From Tubiluchus corallicola (lineage: Eukaryota > Animalia > Priapulida): a stretch of 64,000 nucleotides of DNA. Made by a program: the position numbers and the translations under genes. Below, piece after piece: positions 26,901 through 41,900 of the stretch; position 1 is the stretch's first letter, and every line of letters starts with the position of its first letter. The notes under the pieces were generated by a model. The model saw only the letters and a program-made list of their open reading frames with translations. It was not told where the DNA came from and ran no database searches. Where the stretch lies: the NCBI GenBank assembly GCA_030141605.1, contig JAQGDQ010000006.1, positions 1,240,001-1,304,000 on the forward strand, given 5' to 3'.

Positions 26901-29900
26901 TTTAATGGAAACAAATAAACATAGCAAGGCTATCAGCAGCATACATTCTCGAGATGATTCTCTAAATAAAGTTTATTAGCCACTCTTATGTCATGTCAGA
27001 AGCAAGGTAAAGGGAATTGTTTATCCTTTACAAAAATCAGTAAATGTTTAGAGTGGCCAAACTAAATCATCCTGTTTACACGTGTAAACGTGATAGCCCT
27101 AGACGATAGATGACAAACAAGTTATTAATTTTAAGCAGCCTAGGCAAAGGATGAATGAATTGGCAGCTCTACTGGTCTTAACGACGGAGAACTACAAAAT
27201 GGTGGCACAGTAAGCAAAAGGTGTTTAAAAAGCCTAGTAGATGGTATTTATGCACCTGTTTTTTACTGTCTCTGAGACAATAATGCAACTGAGAAACATA
27301 TTTGAGGGAGTGTAATGGAACAACACGGTCATCGTGATCAGCAGTCAGGAATAACATGGCAGGATACTGTATGCTTTCATCTTTTGGTTCTTTAATATTA
27401 TGCAGGGGTGAATATCTGAAAGAAAATAATGAAACATCTTTGACTACTAAATCCTTTGTTACTGATCCAGACTAATATTTAATATTACTATCAAAGAATT
27501 AACAAACAAATTTTCACCTTTCGAGTCATTTATCTAAATTACATGACACTAGAATAAAATACTACGTCTTTATTCATTCATTCCTTGCAGAGCCAAACAT
27601 AGTTTGATTTGTTTATCCAAACACAACAAAGAAGTGATCACATCATGGATTTCCAACAGAAATCTCAAAAGAGAAATAATCAAATTTAATGCAAACTATA
27701 CATGATATATTTGCATTATCATTTTAGAGCTAAGTAAGACATACTTAATTAACCATTCAAACTGTTCTTTATCTTCTGAACTGCCGTAGTCTGTTACCCA
27801 GGCATGGCCAATCGTGAACTTGTGGTATCTTAACATGTCAAGAACACTAAAAGTCAATAAAAATATACGTTGGTGACAAAAATAATAATACCATACAAAT
27901 TTTACTATAATTCTTAGGAATTTACAATTTGATGCATTAAAATTTATTTCACAGTTCTACTTTGTTCCACATGGCAAGCTACAGTTAAAATCATACCTTT
28001 TGTAAAATATTCATATTACTGTGTAAAAAGGGAAGCAAAGATAGTTAAAAAACAGAAAACATTGTTGCAGATTTTTTTTACCCAACTTGACTTATGACCA
28101 ATCCAAATAAGTCAGGCCTTTGATTAGCACAGGCACATACAAGAAGACCTCCATTTGAGCCCCCCATTATAGCTAATCTGAAAATACAACAATTATTGCT
28201 CACAATTCACAGTTGTCATATATAGTATGAAAAGCATTTTGAGGGTAAAATATTTGCATAAATCAAAACTATGAAATTACTCAGCAGTATTTGCTTGCAC
28301 AACATAATTTTATTTAGGGGCCATCCATATATAGCGATATCAAGCTTTTGGCCGATTTTAAGGACCTACCTACCTTGCATTATAATGGCTTTATCATATG
28401 CCACCTACTTACCCTTATACCGACAATCATATCACACCGATGTAAGCTGTTAGTTAGTGTAATATTTTTAGCTGTGGTGGCAATTGAGGAAGTTTATCAC
28501 AAATAAACACACCAAACCGAGATTTTATGGAGAAATTGACAAAAATGGCAGCTTTCTGGGATCAGCGGAAAATGACTGCACCCTTGTAGCATCATCTACA
28601 GCTGGCACGCATATGTGAAAAAACGTGAAGCCAGATAATGATATCATGACTAAATCACCTACCTACTTTGCGTTATCATGTCTCCTGCCACCTACCTACC
28701 CTAAACTTGATATTGTTATATGTGGGTCCATACACTGTAGGTTCATTCAGATATTCAGAGGTTCATTCAGATATTCAGAGGAAATGCACGGTACGACAAA
28801 TTTACATACATACCTCTTGGCCGATGTGTAATTCTTTTGAATAAGAAACTCAGCTGCTCCCTGGAAATCGTTAAAGGTGTTCTGCTTCTGACCCAAGCTA
28901 CCTTCTTTGTACCATCCTTCTCCGTATTCACTAAGAAAGAGTGCAATAGCGTAATAAGTGTCAATAAGTTTATTAAAAAGCATGTATATGATGAAGACCA
29001 AGCAATGCACAAACTTGATTTGACTGCCCGAAAAAACATGCAATCATGCTTATATGATGTTGAATAATGGTTTCCTAAAACTGCTACACCTAACAAAAAC
29101 GGACGACATGCATGACAAATCAATTGCACGTTCACCTTTATAAAACTATAATTATTGTTACTGAAGTCATTTATTTTCGAACAGACATGTACAGTTACAC
29201 GAGTGATTCAATTAAGAAAAATAAGTAGACTAGTAACAAAACTAAACTAAATTTTAAACACTGACAACAGAAAAACAAGCACAGATATTATTTACATACA
29301 AGAAGACACAGCAGTTAATTTAAAAAAACCCCACACACTAGCATTTTTGACAATTGATACTTTGACAAAAAATCAAAATTCCGGTTATCTATACAACTTA
29401 TAAAGGAGATAAATTGCATCCTTTCACAATCATACGAGATAATATGGAAAAATTTCCATATCTCTCAGAGCTACACTATTTTCTATAAAAATTTCGTACA
29501 AGCTAAAACCCATTACTGAGTTTACATCATATAACATGTGTTTGACTAAAAAAATAATTGTTGAGTTACTACTATTTATACAGCCTACATAGAATTTAAT
29601 AAGCTGTTTGTAAAGTGCTTGATCGGCTGAACAGTACGAGAAATATAGGGTAAAACATAAGTGTGCGTTCTATAAGGTAGTTTCCATAATTTACGAACAG
29701 CTATATTCCATATTGCACCAACAAAATGCATATTCGAATTATTCAATTTCCATGTGTTTACATTTTAAGTCAGAACAAGCAAATGAAAAGTTGGCAGATA
29801 TACTATTGGCATGGTAAATGAAATCACCCTGTTTACTAAGAATACTGGCATCATCTGTTAAATTGTATGTAATTACGTAACTTTATCTGCCACAATGTTC

Positions 29901-32900
29901 ACAATGGTTAAGTTGTGCTGAGGACAAACTACAGGTTAAACTAGTGCAAATAGGATAACAAATTTGAAGCAAATAATCTTGAAAATGACTTAAGATTCTT
30001 GCATTATACAATGTTGTTTAACGCTAATTTTAATATTTCATTCAATGTGCTTACCTTCCACCACGGATATTAGCTACTGCATACACTCCTCCAAAATGTT
30101 GCATGAACACCAGTCGTGATATGCTGAATGTAGGCATCATAGCATGATGAAAGCCTCCATAACCATACAGTAACACTGGGTTATTCCCATCTAGAGCCAA
30201 ATTCTGTAAAGTACAAAGAGAAACATAGAAGTGTGTTAACAGAAGATACGAAATACAGATGGACAAAAAAGTAAAAGACAGTAAGTCAAAATGTCAGTAA
30301 CTAAACTTGACCATTAAAAATGAAAAAAACAATTAGTAGAGTACCAACCTTGTGATGAACAAGAAACATTGGTACACGAATGCCATCTTTACTGAAATAA
30401 AACACTTGTTCCGTTTCATATTTCATTGCATCAAATCCTTTAGGGCAAATTTCCCTAAATACCTAAAAATTTGATACAATTAAAAATAGCGTATGACCAG
30501 CCTGCATAGAAACTATATCTAAAATGACAGTTAGTGGCATGAAGAACCCACAAAATCAAGTCTACACTATCAGCTAAAATACAGTACTCAAAGGCAGGGC
30601 TACTACTAACGTGAAAAACTGTGGTGGGTAGTGATGGGTGATTAATTGATTAATCCAATTAATCCTTATTGCAATCATGTATACATCGATATAACCAGTG
30701 ACTGAACAGTAATTCAATTAATCGAAAACAAAATATACGTAGTACACACTGACTAAAATGAAGTGTTTTAGCACAAGTAAACAGAAGCTGTGCATTTTCT
30801 TCTTCGTTTTTCTCACCTTATACAGTGTGCACAATAGCGAACCACAGTGTTGCAAACTGGACGCTTCAAGTTTTTTTCGATCCTGACATGTGTAGGGACA
30901 TAGTCATAGAGTAGTTAACGAATGTGCATTTATAAAACTAGTACATAAGGCTGAGTATGAAAATGGCAGACAGTGACGAAAGCTGTGAGAAGTTTATAGG
31001 CTATATTTCACTGCAATCATTGAAACATGTAGCTAAAATACTGAAAAATTGCCACAAAAGATTAACCCTGACATCGAATTACAAAATTTCAAATCGCTCA
31101 TCACTAATGGTAAGATAATAACACAGCTAATTACCAGAAATAACCCTCTAAGATTAAATACTAATTTAGCATAAGTGTGTTAACCTAGGGATGTTAAACA
31201 ATACAAATTTGGCGAAATGAAAATAATACGATATGATACATTTCCGAATGATACAATATCGATAATCTATTTTTCAGACGATACAATATGATCCAATAAA
31301 CTATTTCGAATGACAAAAATGATGCTGAACGTGTGGTTAGTTATTACATGCAATTTACGACAAAGTTCTGTTCTTTGTTTAGTCATAAAATAATATTAAT
31401 GTCATCTGCCACAAGTAAGTATATTTATATCAGTCTATTTATGTGCCTGCGCAATACCGGAAAGACGCCTTTGAAGATAGAGCACTTAACATCCGCGCAT
31501 CTCTAAGCCGGTTGAAGACAGTTGCTATTGTAGGAAGTACAAAAAAATTATTTGAACAACTTTATAAATAACTTTTTTTTACCCTTGCACAATTGGAAAT
31601 GGAAAAGCAAAGTGAAACAGTTTTATGAAAGAGAGTGATAAGCAGCAATATTTACCAAATTCGATACGATAACTATATTCCTAGGATAATATCGATATGA
31701 TAACGATAAAAATGATAAATAGGCTTTGGGGACTACATAATAAAGTTTCAGATCAACAAAAAGTACAAAAAAATTCCTGCCCTATAACCTAGATATAGCA
31801 GAAAATTTTCTTCGGTATATTCCATCTTCTAAGTTCTCATAACAGGATTGTTTGAAGTAAATTACAGTAGGTGCCGCTTAATAGACTCACTTTGGGACCA
31901 AAGTATTTTAACCCAATTAACCGACTGAACCTATTAACCAATGGGTGTAGTATTACAGGTATAGAAGTACGAGTCATCAGCTTACTATGCACTGCAAAGG
32001 TTTTTAATGAATTTTAGAAATGAAGTAATGCCTAAATTCCTTTGTGCAGTTAAAAATTAGAAAAAATATTTTAAAATATTAATTTGTATAAGTGAATTAG
32101 CAATAAATTAAAATGTATACTTTTCTAAGTCTGCTTATTTACAAAAATTACAAAAATTCCTTCAAAATTGGCTGCTTCATTTTCTTGCGAAGAAGTTGGC
32201 CCACAAAGATGTTGTAATTATAAAAACGTTGAAATTCTGTTATTGTGTGTGAATGATACAGTTCTGAATCATCTGCTAACTTACATAGCCCTTATTTGAT
32301 GTACGATGTTTACTCTTGTACAAGGAATACAGGCTGATTACTGTTGACTCATTAAGCCTAAAAGCGTGATTTGCAACGAGAGCATCAAAAGGAAACTGCG
32401 CAGCTAGTGATTAAATGTTTAGCTTTCAGAAATTCTTTGGGTAACAGTGGGCGAGCGGATAACAGATTCAAAGCAAAACTGCTACACTAGCGGATTAGCG
32501 CGTAATAAACGTACCTGCTTACAAACAAAACGGTACTTAACATGATAGTTTCTGCATACATAGAGAACAAAACCGATAGTTTTTATGTATATTTGAATAG
32601 AAGCAGCCCGTTCCAGACATTTTTGAGTCAATTAAGCGAATGAGTCTATTAACCGTGAGTTTATTAAGTGGCGCCTACTGTATATGCCTAATTGACTACG
32701 AGAAGCCCATGTCTTATCTGTAAAAATTAGCAAAAAAGAACAATAATGACATTAATACCAAATGTCTGTTTTCTTAGTTATTAATTTACACCATAGCTTA
32801 GAAAAAAAAGCTTTCTTGGTAATAACTTAGCACAAGATAACTCCAGAGCTCTTTTCACTGTTTACCTATAGGCACTTCATCCAGTGCACTACATTATGAT

Positions 32901-35900
32901 TTTAAAGTAATATACTGAATACATTACCTCTGGCTGACAGCTACCTTTGAAATCAAAGTGGTAGATGACTCCAGGAGCTAGAAATGAGGTGAAGTAATAA
33001 AACATCTAAAACAAAACATGTACTCATGTTTACTAACCATAGATAAAAAAATTCAACGTTTTTTCGTTAAAATTGTTCTTAATAAAAAGCAGTTGTCTAC
33101 TTTAATTTATACATGTTATAAACATGCAAAAATCATAGGAAATAACCATATAAGAGAATTATGAAAATATAAATGGTGTCACGAGTCAATAACAGAAACT
33201 ATATTTGGAAATAGTTTGTAATGCCCAATTTTTTGCTTTTACAGTGTAATGTTAATTACCTCTGTGTGAATTTTTCTGCCAGAGAATCCAGTAATCGAGC
33301 CTATATCCAGTGGCAACTTCTGGTAAAGGTTACCAGTACTCAATTCGTGTAGATACAGCAAGTTCTGGCATGGAAAAAAATGAACTTATTTTTCTAACAC
33401 GACTGTTGTAAACTACTTTCCAAAAAAATTATAGTAATAATTGTGAAGACATTAAGACAATAAAAAGTAATTAGATTACTAATTAATGCAGCAGGAAAAT
33501 GACTTTCAAGATTTTCCTGACGAATTTTGTGAGAAGAAAAAACAAAAGTAGAATTATAACATTTAGGAACGCTTCTGAACTGGAAATAAGATTTTGCATG
33601 CATACTAACTTTGACATCATGTATGTAACAAGTCACCAGAACATTACTATTTACACAAGCTGCCCATTCCAAGACATCTGTCTCATGGTGTGGTATCAAG
33701 TCCTTCCAATGTTCCTATAGAATTATTCATAAAATCAAATTATAACATGTACAAAAAATAAAGTTGCAATAGGCTTCCCATGAATTTTTAAAATTGTAAA
33801 TGCACTTCTAGGCAAATTAACGGTGTACAATAGCATTTTTATTAATTAATGACCTTTGATTTGTACTACGAAAATGAAGAAAGCTATACTTACCATTTCT
33901 GGTTTGCTAATGTTGATGTTGATTAGTTTGTGGTTTGGTGAATTCAAGTTTGTTTTAAAGGTAAACACTGTTCCTTCATTAGTAATATACTGTAAAAAAG
34001 ATAAAGCATAGTCGAAAAACATTTCTTAAAATATAAAATTTAGACTAACACGAGTTTGCAAAATACATATAAAATGAGTGTAAAGTTGAATGAATGAAAT
34101 TTTAGCATAATAAAAAATGAAATTTTTTTCATTATTTTCCAAATACATCCTCACGTTTTTGCGCTATGTCTTAAACACTCAGTTATTCAAAAACACAAAC
34201 AATAATAGCTTTGACTGAGCATTTTCGCAACAATTGTAAAACACAAATGACACAGCAGGTTTGCCAGCACAAATGACACAGCAGGTTTGCCAGCATAGAA
34301 ATTACCAGTGCTTTAATGAATCCATGAGCACAGAAACTATTACTACTATTCCCTTGATACGGCTGGTCTATCATTTGCATTAGATTTTCGATCTGCTTTT
34401 TTGCCAAAAATATTGCAAAATAGTTGAGAATAAATAGCACACTGATACACCAAAATTCAAGACGACAAACTTCAATAAATACAGAAACAATAGTATATCA
34501 ATACAATATCATGCCCAAAATTAATTTAGACTAATGTTTTAAACTGCTAATAATCATGATGTTAAATGTTAAAAGGCAATGGAGCAAAACCTAAATTAGA
34601 TATAATCAAAAGCTACAGCATGTTTCGACAAATGAATTTTCAATACTTTATCATACCTTGAATCACTAAACTGCTGATAATCATGATGTTAAATGTTAAA
34701 CGGCAATGCAGCAAAACTTAAATTAGATATAATCAAAAGCTACAGCATGTTTCAACAAATGAATTTTCAATACTTATCATACCTTGAATCACTAATGAAA
34801 GGAACTGATTTTTTGCATTGTATACAAGAATAATAAAGTTGCAGAGCCAACTAACTTTCAAAGGTTACAATGTACTATTTGAGCAAAGTAAGTTACCGTA
34901 ACTTACTAATTTTTTGCCCCAAGGCAGTACGATAACAACAAACACAAGTTTGGACAATTAATTTACAAATAATAAAAAAACAGATGCTTGAAGGTTCTAG
35001 TTCATGAATACTTACCTCATAATGAGCATCAAAATTATCTACCAACTTCACCACTGCCAGTCTATCTGAAAAATAAATAGTAAACAAAGTATATTTTTAA
35101 ATAAGATAATTAAATTAATATAATCATAATTCATTCACAGTAATACAGCCATACAAAATACAGTAAGTCCTCACTTAACGATGCCTGAATTAATGACAAT
35201 TCATTTTAATCACAAAGAAACTTTTCTACCTATTTTCTGACTTAAACGTGTTAAACGTCTTTTAAAACCAGCAAATGAGCTTAATCTGAACCAGGAATTT
35301 AATATCCTTTACACTGCTTACATACATTTATTAAAATATTTTAAATTACCTTCAATTTTATATGCAGCAGCTTTGAGATCAGCATAATACAATTTATTAA
35401 CAGGCTCACATCCTCTGCTGACATCAACTATTACATAGCGACCACAGTCACTCACTTCAGCTCCTCTGCAGAAGAAATGACATAGAATTACACAAATTAC
35501 TTAGATTACATATAGAAATAAATTGGGCTTCCAAAAAATATACTTGCACACACGCACGCATGCACGCACGCACACACACACACAAAACGATTTTAGAATA
35601 AGCATAAAAAGTAAATTGTTCAAACCTTCTCAACTAAGTATTGACAGACTTCTAGGCACCACATCATGTTAGCTTTATGCTGATATAAAAAGTAATAAGT
35701 AAAAATTTACATGTGCCAAGTTGGCTCATCTGGTATCTCCATACAAAGTACATCCTCTTCCTGAGGTGTTCCAAGTTTATGGTAGTACAATTTCTGGTTG
35801 AGATTGCTATCTGTTTCTGTACCATCACCTTGCTTTTCAGGTTTAGGAAATCGCTAAGAGAATTTAGTAACGAATTAGTTTAGACTCCCAATTTGTATAA

Positions 35901-38900
35901 AAAGGAAATTACTAACTGTTCTACTACCACTATAAAATGCTAAAACATTTGGCAAGCTATTACCAGGAAATTACAATCAACCTTTATCACAATTCCTGTA
36001 GTGTGTTTGTAATTTATACTCCTTAGTCTTAATCTAAGAATAAATTACTAGCATATCACCTTTCCTTTCTTTCAACTAGGTTTGGTTTCAAAAGTTCAAT
36101 AACTATTACTAATGTACAGCAATGTTATGAATGTTTAATAACTGTGAGAGAAAGTCCATTAATTCAAAATACAAAATTTACTTGGCACATTCCTCACTCA
36201 GATATAAATGACATGAGACACTCTATATTAATCTAAAATGCAGAATGAAAATAAGTTAGTGGGAACACATAGTCTGTAGATCTCCATTGTTAGTTGATTT
36301 TGTATCAGAAAAGTGTTAGAATAAATGAAATCACAGCAGTGCTTAAGTTTCAGTTAGCAGATTATATACTAATTTCTCGTGTGCTAACAAGGTCTACAGA
36401 GTTTGCTGAACAATTATTATCATATATATTTTTTCTGTTGTATCATTACTATCATATGCATGTATATTTTTTTATGCAAATAAAAACCTTTAAAGACAAT
36501 AAAGGCAAAAATACACAAACTGGTTGACACTTGGCAAGTATTCAGCCAGACAAAAAAAATAAAATGAAATGCAATGAAGATGGGATTTACTGGGTTGAGA
36601 AGCTAAAGAAATAAATTAGGGACGAATTTATTACGAACAAAAGAAAGCATTTTGCTGGAGTGTATCACAGACATTCACAGTTTTTAAAAAGGAAAAAAAT
36701 CACAGTGCCTAGTGCCTAGAATGATTAAATGATAAGGCATCAGCATATAATGACTGTACTGTTTAGATGACATAAATTACATTGAAGTAAAAATATCTAA
36801 ACATTAGTAGGCCAATAAAAAATGCATACTACGTAAGGTTAGTAATATGTAAAGACCAACCTTCACACTAACGTTCACATATGATTTAATTCATTTTAAG
36901 GAATTCAGGGGAGGCCTTAGGAGGTGCAGTGCCTAATTAGGAATAATTTTGGTGGGCCCAGATTCCCGGCCAATTTGCACCAAGGTTTGTAGAATCAAAG
37001 AAATATAAAAAGTCTATTATGGTAGAATGGTATTATGGTATATCTCTATGGTAGAATGAAAAGCAATAAAAATATGCACTTAAAATGCATGCAAGTGAAT
37101 AGACCAAACAGATGTAAGCTACATTTTAATACAAAATTGCATATATGTAAGCCTACCAGTAACAAACAAAATGTGTATATCACCTCTGAAAAGTACACAG
37201 TTACAATACCAGTTGTTTTAGTGACTGTGAAGTGATTTATTAAAAACATTAATTTATTTTTGTTCAGAAAAAACAGAATTTACATGTACTGTTGGAAACA
37301 AATGATCCTTTTTGGACTTCTTAAATCACTTATATTCATAAACTATAAATGCGTAATATTATTATTGCCTTTTATTATGAGATGGAATCAATTGTGAAAA
37401 ATGTACTGCTGCACCATATGATGACAAATGATCTATTATTTAGGTAAACCCCTAGATATACTGTACCTCCACTTTGCAAAAGCATTTGACTCCATCCCAC
37501 GTGAACGCTTGATTACTAAGCTACAGAGTTAGAGAATAGAAGGAAAGCTTTTGACATGGATACGTCAATTCTTAATGGGACAGTTAATGGTCACAAATTT
37601 GATTGGGTCACTAGTAGCATCAGGGATTCCACGGGGGAGTGTACTCGGCCCAGTATTGTTCATAATTTTTGTAAACGGTATGCCAGAGGTTGTAAAGTCT
37701 GACCTGCTCATGTTTGCAGCTGACACCAAGATTCGTTTTATAGTCGAATAACTCGATAAAGCGATAAGTCTACAACAGGATTTGGGCAGTCTAACAGAGT
37801 AGGCAAAAACATGTAGAAATTCAAGTGAGCAAGGCAAACACGATACTTGGATTAATCAGATCATATGAATTTTTAGATGGAATGACATTAAAACTGTTAT
37901 TTGTAGCATTAGTTAGGCCACACCTCGAGTATGGTATAACAGCATGGATGCCCAGGCTTGTCAAGGACCAGAAGTTGATGGAAGGTGTTCTTCACAGAGC
38001 AACTAGGATGGTCCCACAGATCAAGGAGCTGCCTTATGAGGAGTGTCTAAAGGCTTTAGAGTTGTTCAGTATGTGGTACAGACAGGTCCGTGGTGATATG
38101 ATAGAAGTATACAAGTTTACACATGGAATGTAGAGTATGCATGCTGAGATCCTTCAAAGAGATAATCAGACAAGAACTAGGGGACATTCATACAAGTTAA
38201 AGAAAATGTATAGTCGTACTGCTACACGACACAACTTCTTCAGCTAGAGGGTCGTAGATCGCTGAAACAATCTCCCTGAGAATGTAGTCTCTGCAAACTA
38301 TCATAACCTCTTTTAAAAGCAAATTAGATAATATATGGCTAAACTACCGCTATAGCTGAGAGACTGTGCCACCTAGAAATTTATAGTGCTGACAGTTATG
38401 AACGGTCAACAGGTAGAGATGCCTAACAACTAGGACCGAAAGGATATGATATGAGAAAGTTATTTTTCTTGCTTTTTTCTCTGACATTGTTCAGTCACCA
38501 TTTCAAACAAAATGTTTTTTAACAATGTGGAGTAAACTCAAGGAAACTAAGGAAACTAAGGCTCTCATGGTGCATGTATTACCAAATTTTATAGATCTAT
38601 CCCATTTGGGATAATTTATCCTGTCTTCGACCCCTTTTGCAAACTTAAACACTTGGGTATGAATATAGGCCTACTACATATTTTGCAACATATATAGAGA
38701 TGTGCATATGTGCATGTGCATAAAGATGTAATATCGTAATTTAATCACATGATACTATTAAAAGAAAATACTATAAATTTATAGATACTTGAAAGCAGTT
38801 ACACGTTTTTTCACATATTCGTCTTTTTAATTTTTTTCAGAGAAATGAATTTTAGTGCTGTCGATATTACTTAATTCAGGTACAGTGGAAAACTTCAAAA

Positions 38901-41900
38901 CATAAACAGTATAAACAAACACTACTGACTTTGTCAAAATTCATAAAAAATTATAATCACAGTAATCACTGTTCTCTGTAAATCATGAAATGCAGTGTTG
39001 TATGTACTTGACAAGCGAAGAGTAGATTACACTCTAGCACGAGGCCCCTCAGGCACGGGGCCCAGTTAATAGTAATTGGTCCAATTGGCTTAAAGCGGCC
39101 CTGCTAAGGGTTAAGGGCTCACTGCTTGTACGTCAGTCAACTTAATAAGAGCATACATTATAAGCCTACAAGCTAAATTCTGAAAAACATAGATACAGGG
39201 TTGTTTCTCATATTTAAAACTAAAATTTTGTGTAAAACAATATGGAAAACTCACATTGTAAAAAAGACCCTTATGATCGTGTGTCCAAGCCATGCATGAA
39301 AACTTAACAAATTCCAAGATATCGGGTAGCAACATCTTAGTTTCAACATCCATAAACTATGAAAAAGAAATAACTCTGATAAAGTATAGATAAGAAATAA
39401 CATCCATAACAGCTGTATAAGAAATTTCCTGGGTATGCAACAGGCATATACTTTATTTTTACAAAAGAATAGGGTCATTGACGTTTCATTTAACCTACTT
39501 TTTTATGAAACACATAAATGGCATTAAGGAAGAAATTACTGCACCATGTTTATGTGAATCATTAAAGTACGCCAGGCATGTTGCTTGCATAGTTGTTATT
39601 TTATAGTATATTCTTGGTTGAGCATCATCTGCATGGTATATTTTAGTAAGCCTACGAAAAGCATAAAGTATTTGCTTGTGAGTAAGCAGGACAGCCATAT
39701 GACGTCTGTGGCTGATGTGACAAGATGTGGTAGGTCCACGTTGATATTAAGCACTTGTCTTTATGTAATTATCTAGTAATAGGCATCACTAAGGTAGCTG
39801 TTATGCAGAGTATTTTTTCACCTTAATTTTTACCCAGTCTGAACCACACTCACTGAGGCCGTGTGCAAACAATGTGCCATCTTCAGAAAAAGACGTTCCT
39901 CGCAGAGCAATGGTACCATCTTCTGAAAGTTTATTAGGATCCAAAAATACCTCACTCTCTGCTGTAAGTGAGTCCTGAACATACAGTACACTGGAAAACA
40001 CAAGTATTTCTTATTGAGCAGGTATATAGTTTTTAAAGCAAAAGCCAAGTCTCTCAGGAAGTTGAGCTTATTCTAATATTTGAGAAAAATGTTAGAATGT
40101 TTGTGAAGTTTGTGAAATGAAATTGTGATAAGCGCCTCGTGTAACTAATAATTTCAATTTAAAATCACGATCACTTCACGCTTGGGCACACTCATTTTGG
40201 TGAAAAATGGTGTCTTCTGGTTACCGTGCAATAAACAGTTATTCTGCCAAGTGCTTCAGCAATATTTTTTTGACTTATAGAGTGGACTTTATAAACTAAG
40301 TAGCCCGGTTACTCGCAAGTTTACATGTGTATCCGAAAGTCAACAAAAGTCTGTAAATTAATTACATTTACACATACACATTTACGGTATAATCCTGTGC
40401 GTTAAAGCTACGTAACCACTATAATCTTGGTCATGTGATCAAAGGACAAATTTTTACATAAACACAGTTAAATACAACACTAGAATAACTGAACTTCTGA
40501 GAGATCTGTAGAAATTTCTTAATGCGACCTTCATCACAGCTTGCCTTCACAGCATTCACGCTGCCCAGCAATCACCAGTTTAAGTCATTTTTTTCAAATA
40601 TGCCAGTAGCGACGTTCGTTTGGCGGGAGATAAAAAATATTTAATTTTTTTTTACATTTTTAAGCAAAGCATTCTAAGCGCATATGTTGCATGGTGATTT
40701 AAATATTTTTAATTGTATATTAAAATGCAATAAATGTTGTTCGAGGGTTGGTTCTTCAATTAAGCTCGTCGATGTTTTTAGATTTAGCTATAAATACACT
40801 TTGTGTGAAAATTATGAAAACAAGACCTGTAACTATACATCAGTGTAATGATGCACCTTAATATCTTTTATTACGATACACATATTGTCAAAGTGCATTC
40901 GTGTCATGATAATTTGAGTCAATGATATGTTTTAGCATGCTGATAAAAACAATGTGAATAATAAATTAGCTCGTGCTTGCCTATCTACAGATAAAAAACA
41001 ATGTGAAACAGTTCAAGTTGCATGTACAGCATAGTGTACTGTGGGTGTGTTGTGTAACAACCAGTATTGAGTGCAGAAGTAGCTGACTTGATACAGGCAA
41101 ACCTGCTATTAGCAACCACTTGAACAAGTAGTTGAATAACAAGTGTTTATAATAGCCTATAGTAGCCTAATTATATTATTGCATATAAATTTGCGAAATG
41201 GCATACGTGAAGCAGAAAACACAAAAGCATATATTAAATCTGAAAGTACTGAAATGTTTTGCTTTTCTGGTGGCTTATGATGCAAATTTTACACAAGCAA
41301 TAAACAAAAATTAAACAATTTGACAAGTTATTTTAGAATTCTGTTTGACCGATAAATATATTTAGCAGTTATTATCAACAGGTTCAACTTGTTTTTTGCA
41401 GGCTCTTGGTTATGTGAAAATCTAATAAGGTAAGTAGAATATTATATTATTCGGTGTCCTTATTGATGTTTTTATACTACATACTTCATGCAAACATAAT
41501 TTCAAACCAACAAAAGATGACTTCTTACAAAATGTCAATTCTCAATGTTAAAACTCAAGCGTATGAATTTGTCAGGGTTTTTACATTCATTGTAAGAAAT
41601 TACACATGCATGATTATTCACTTCCTGCATGTGAAAGAAACCAATGTCCCCTGCTTACCAGCAGGTCAGCATGCTCTTGTTAGTATTAATGCAAAAACAA
41701 ATGCCCGTCGGCATTATTACAAGTGCCTTTTCAAATGCCCTTGTTAGTATTAATACAAGTATTTGTACAAATCTTGGCTAAAACATAACTGATATAGCAA
41801 CAATAAGAAAGCAATTATCTCGAAAGTGTGATGTTAATTGTCCTCACACTGTTCACAGTCATATCGTGTAGCCTAGTCAATGTTGCTTTGTAAATCTTCA

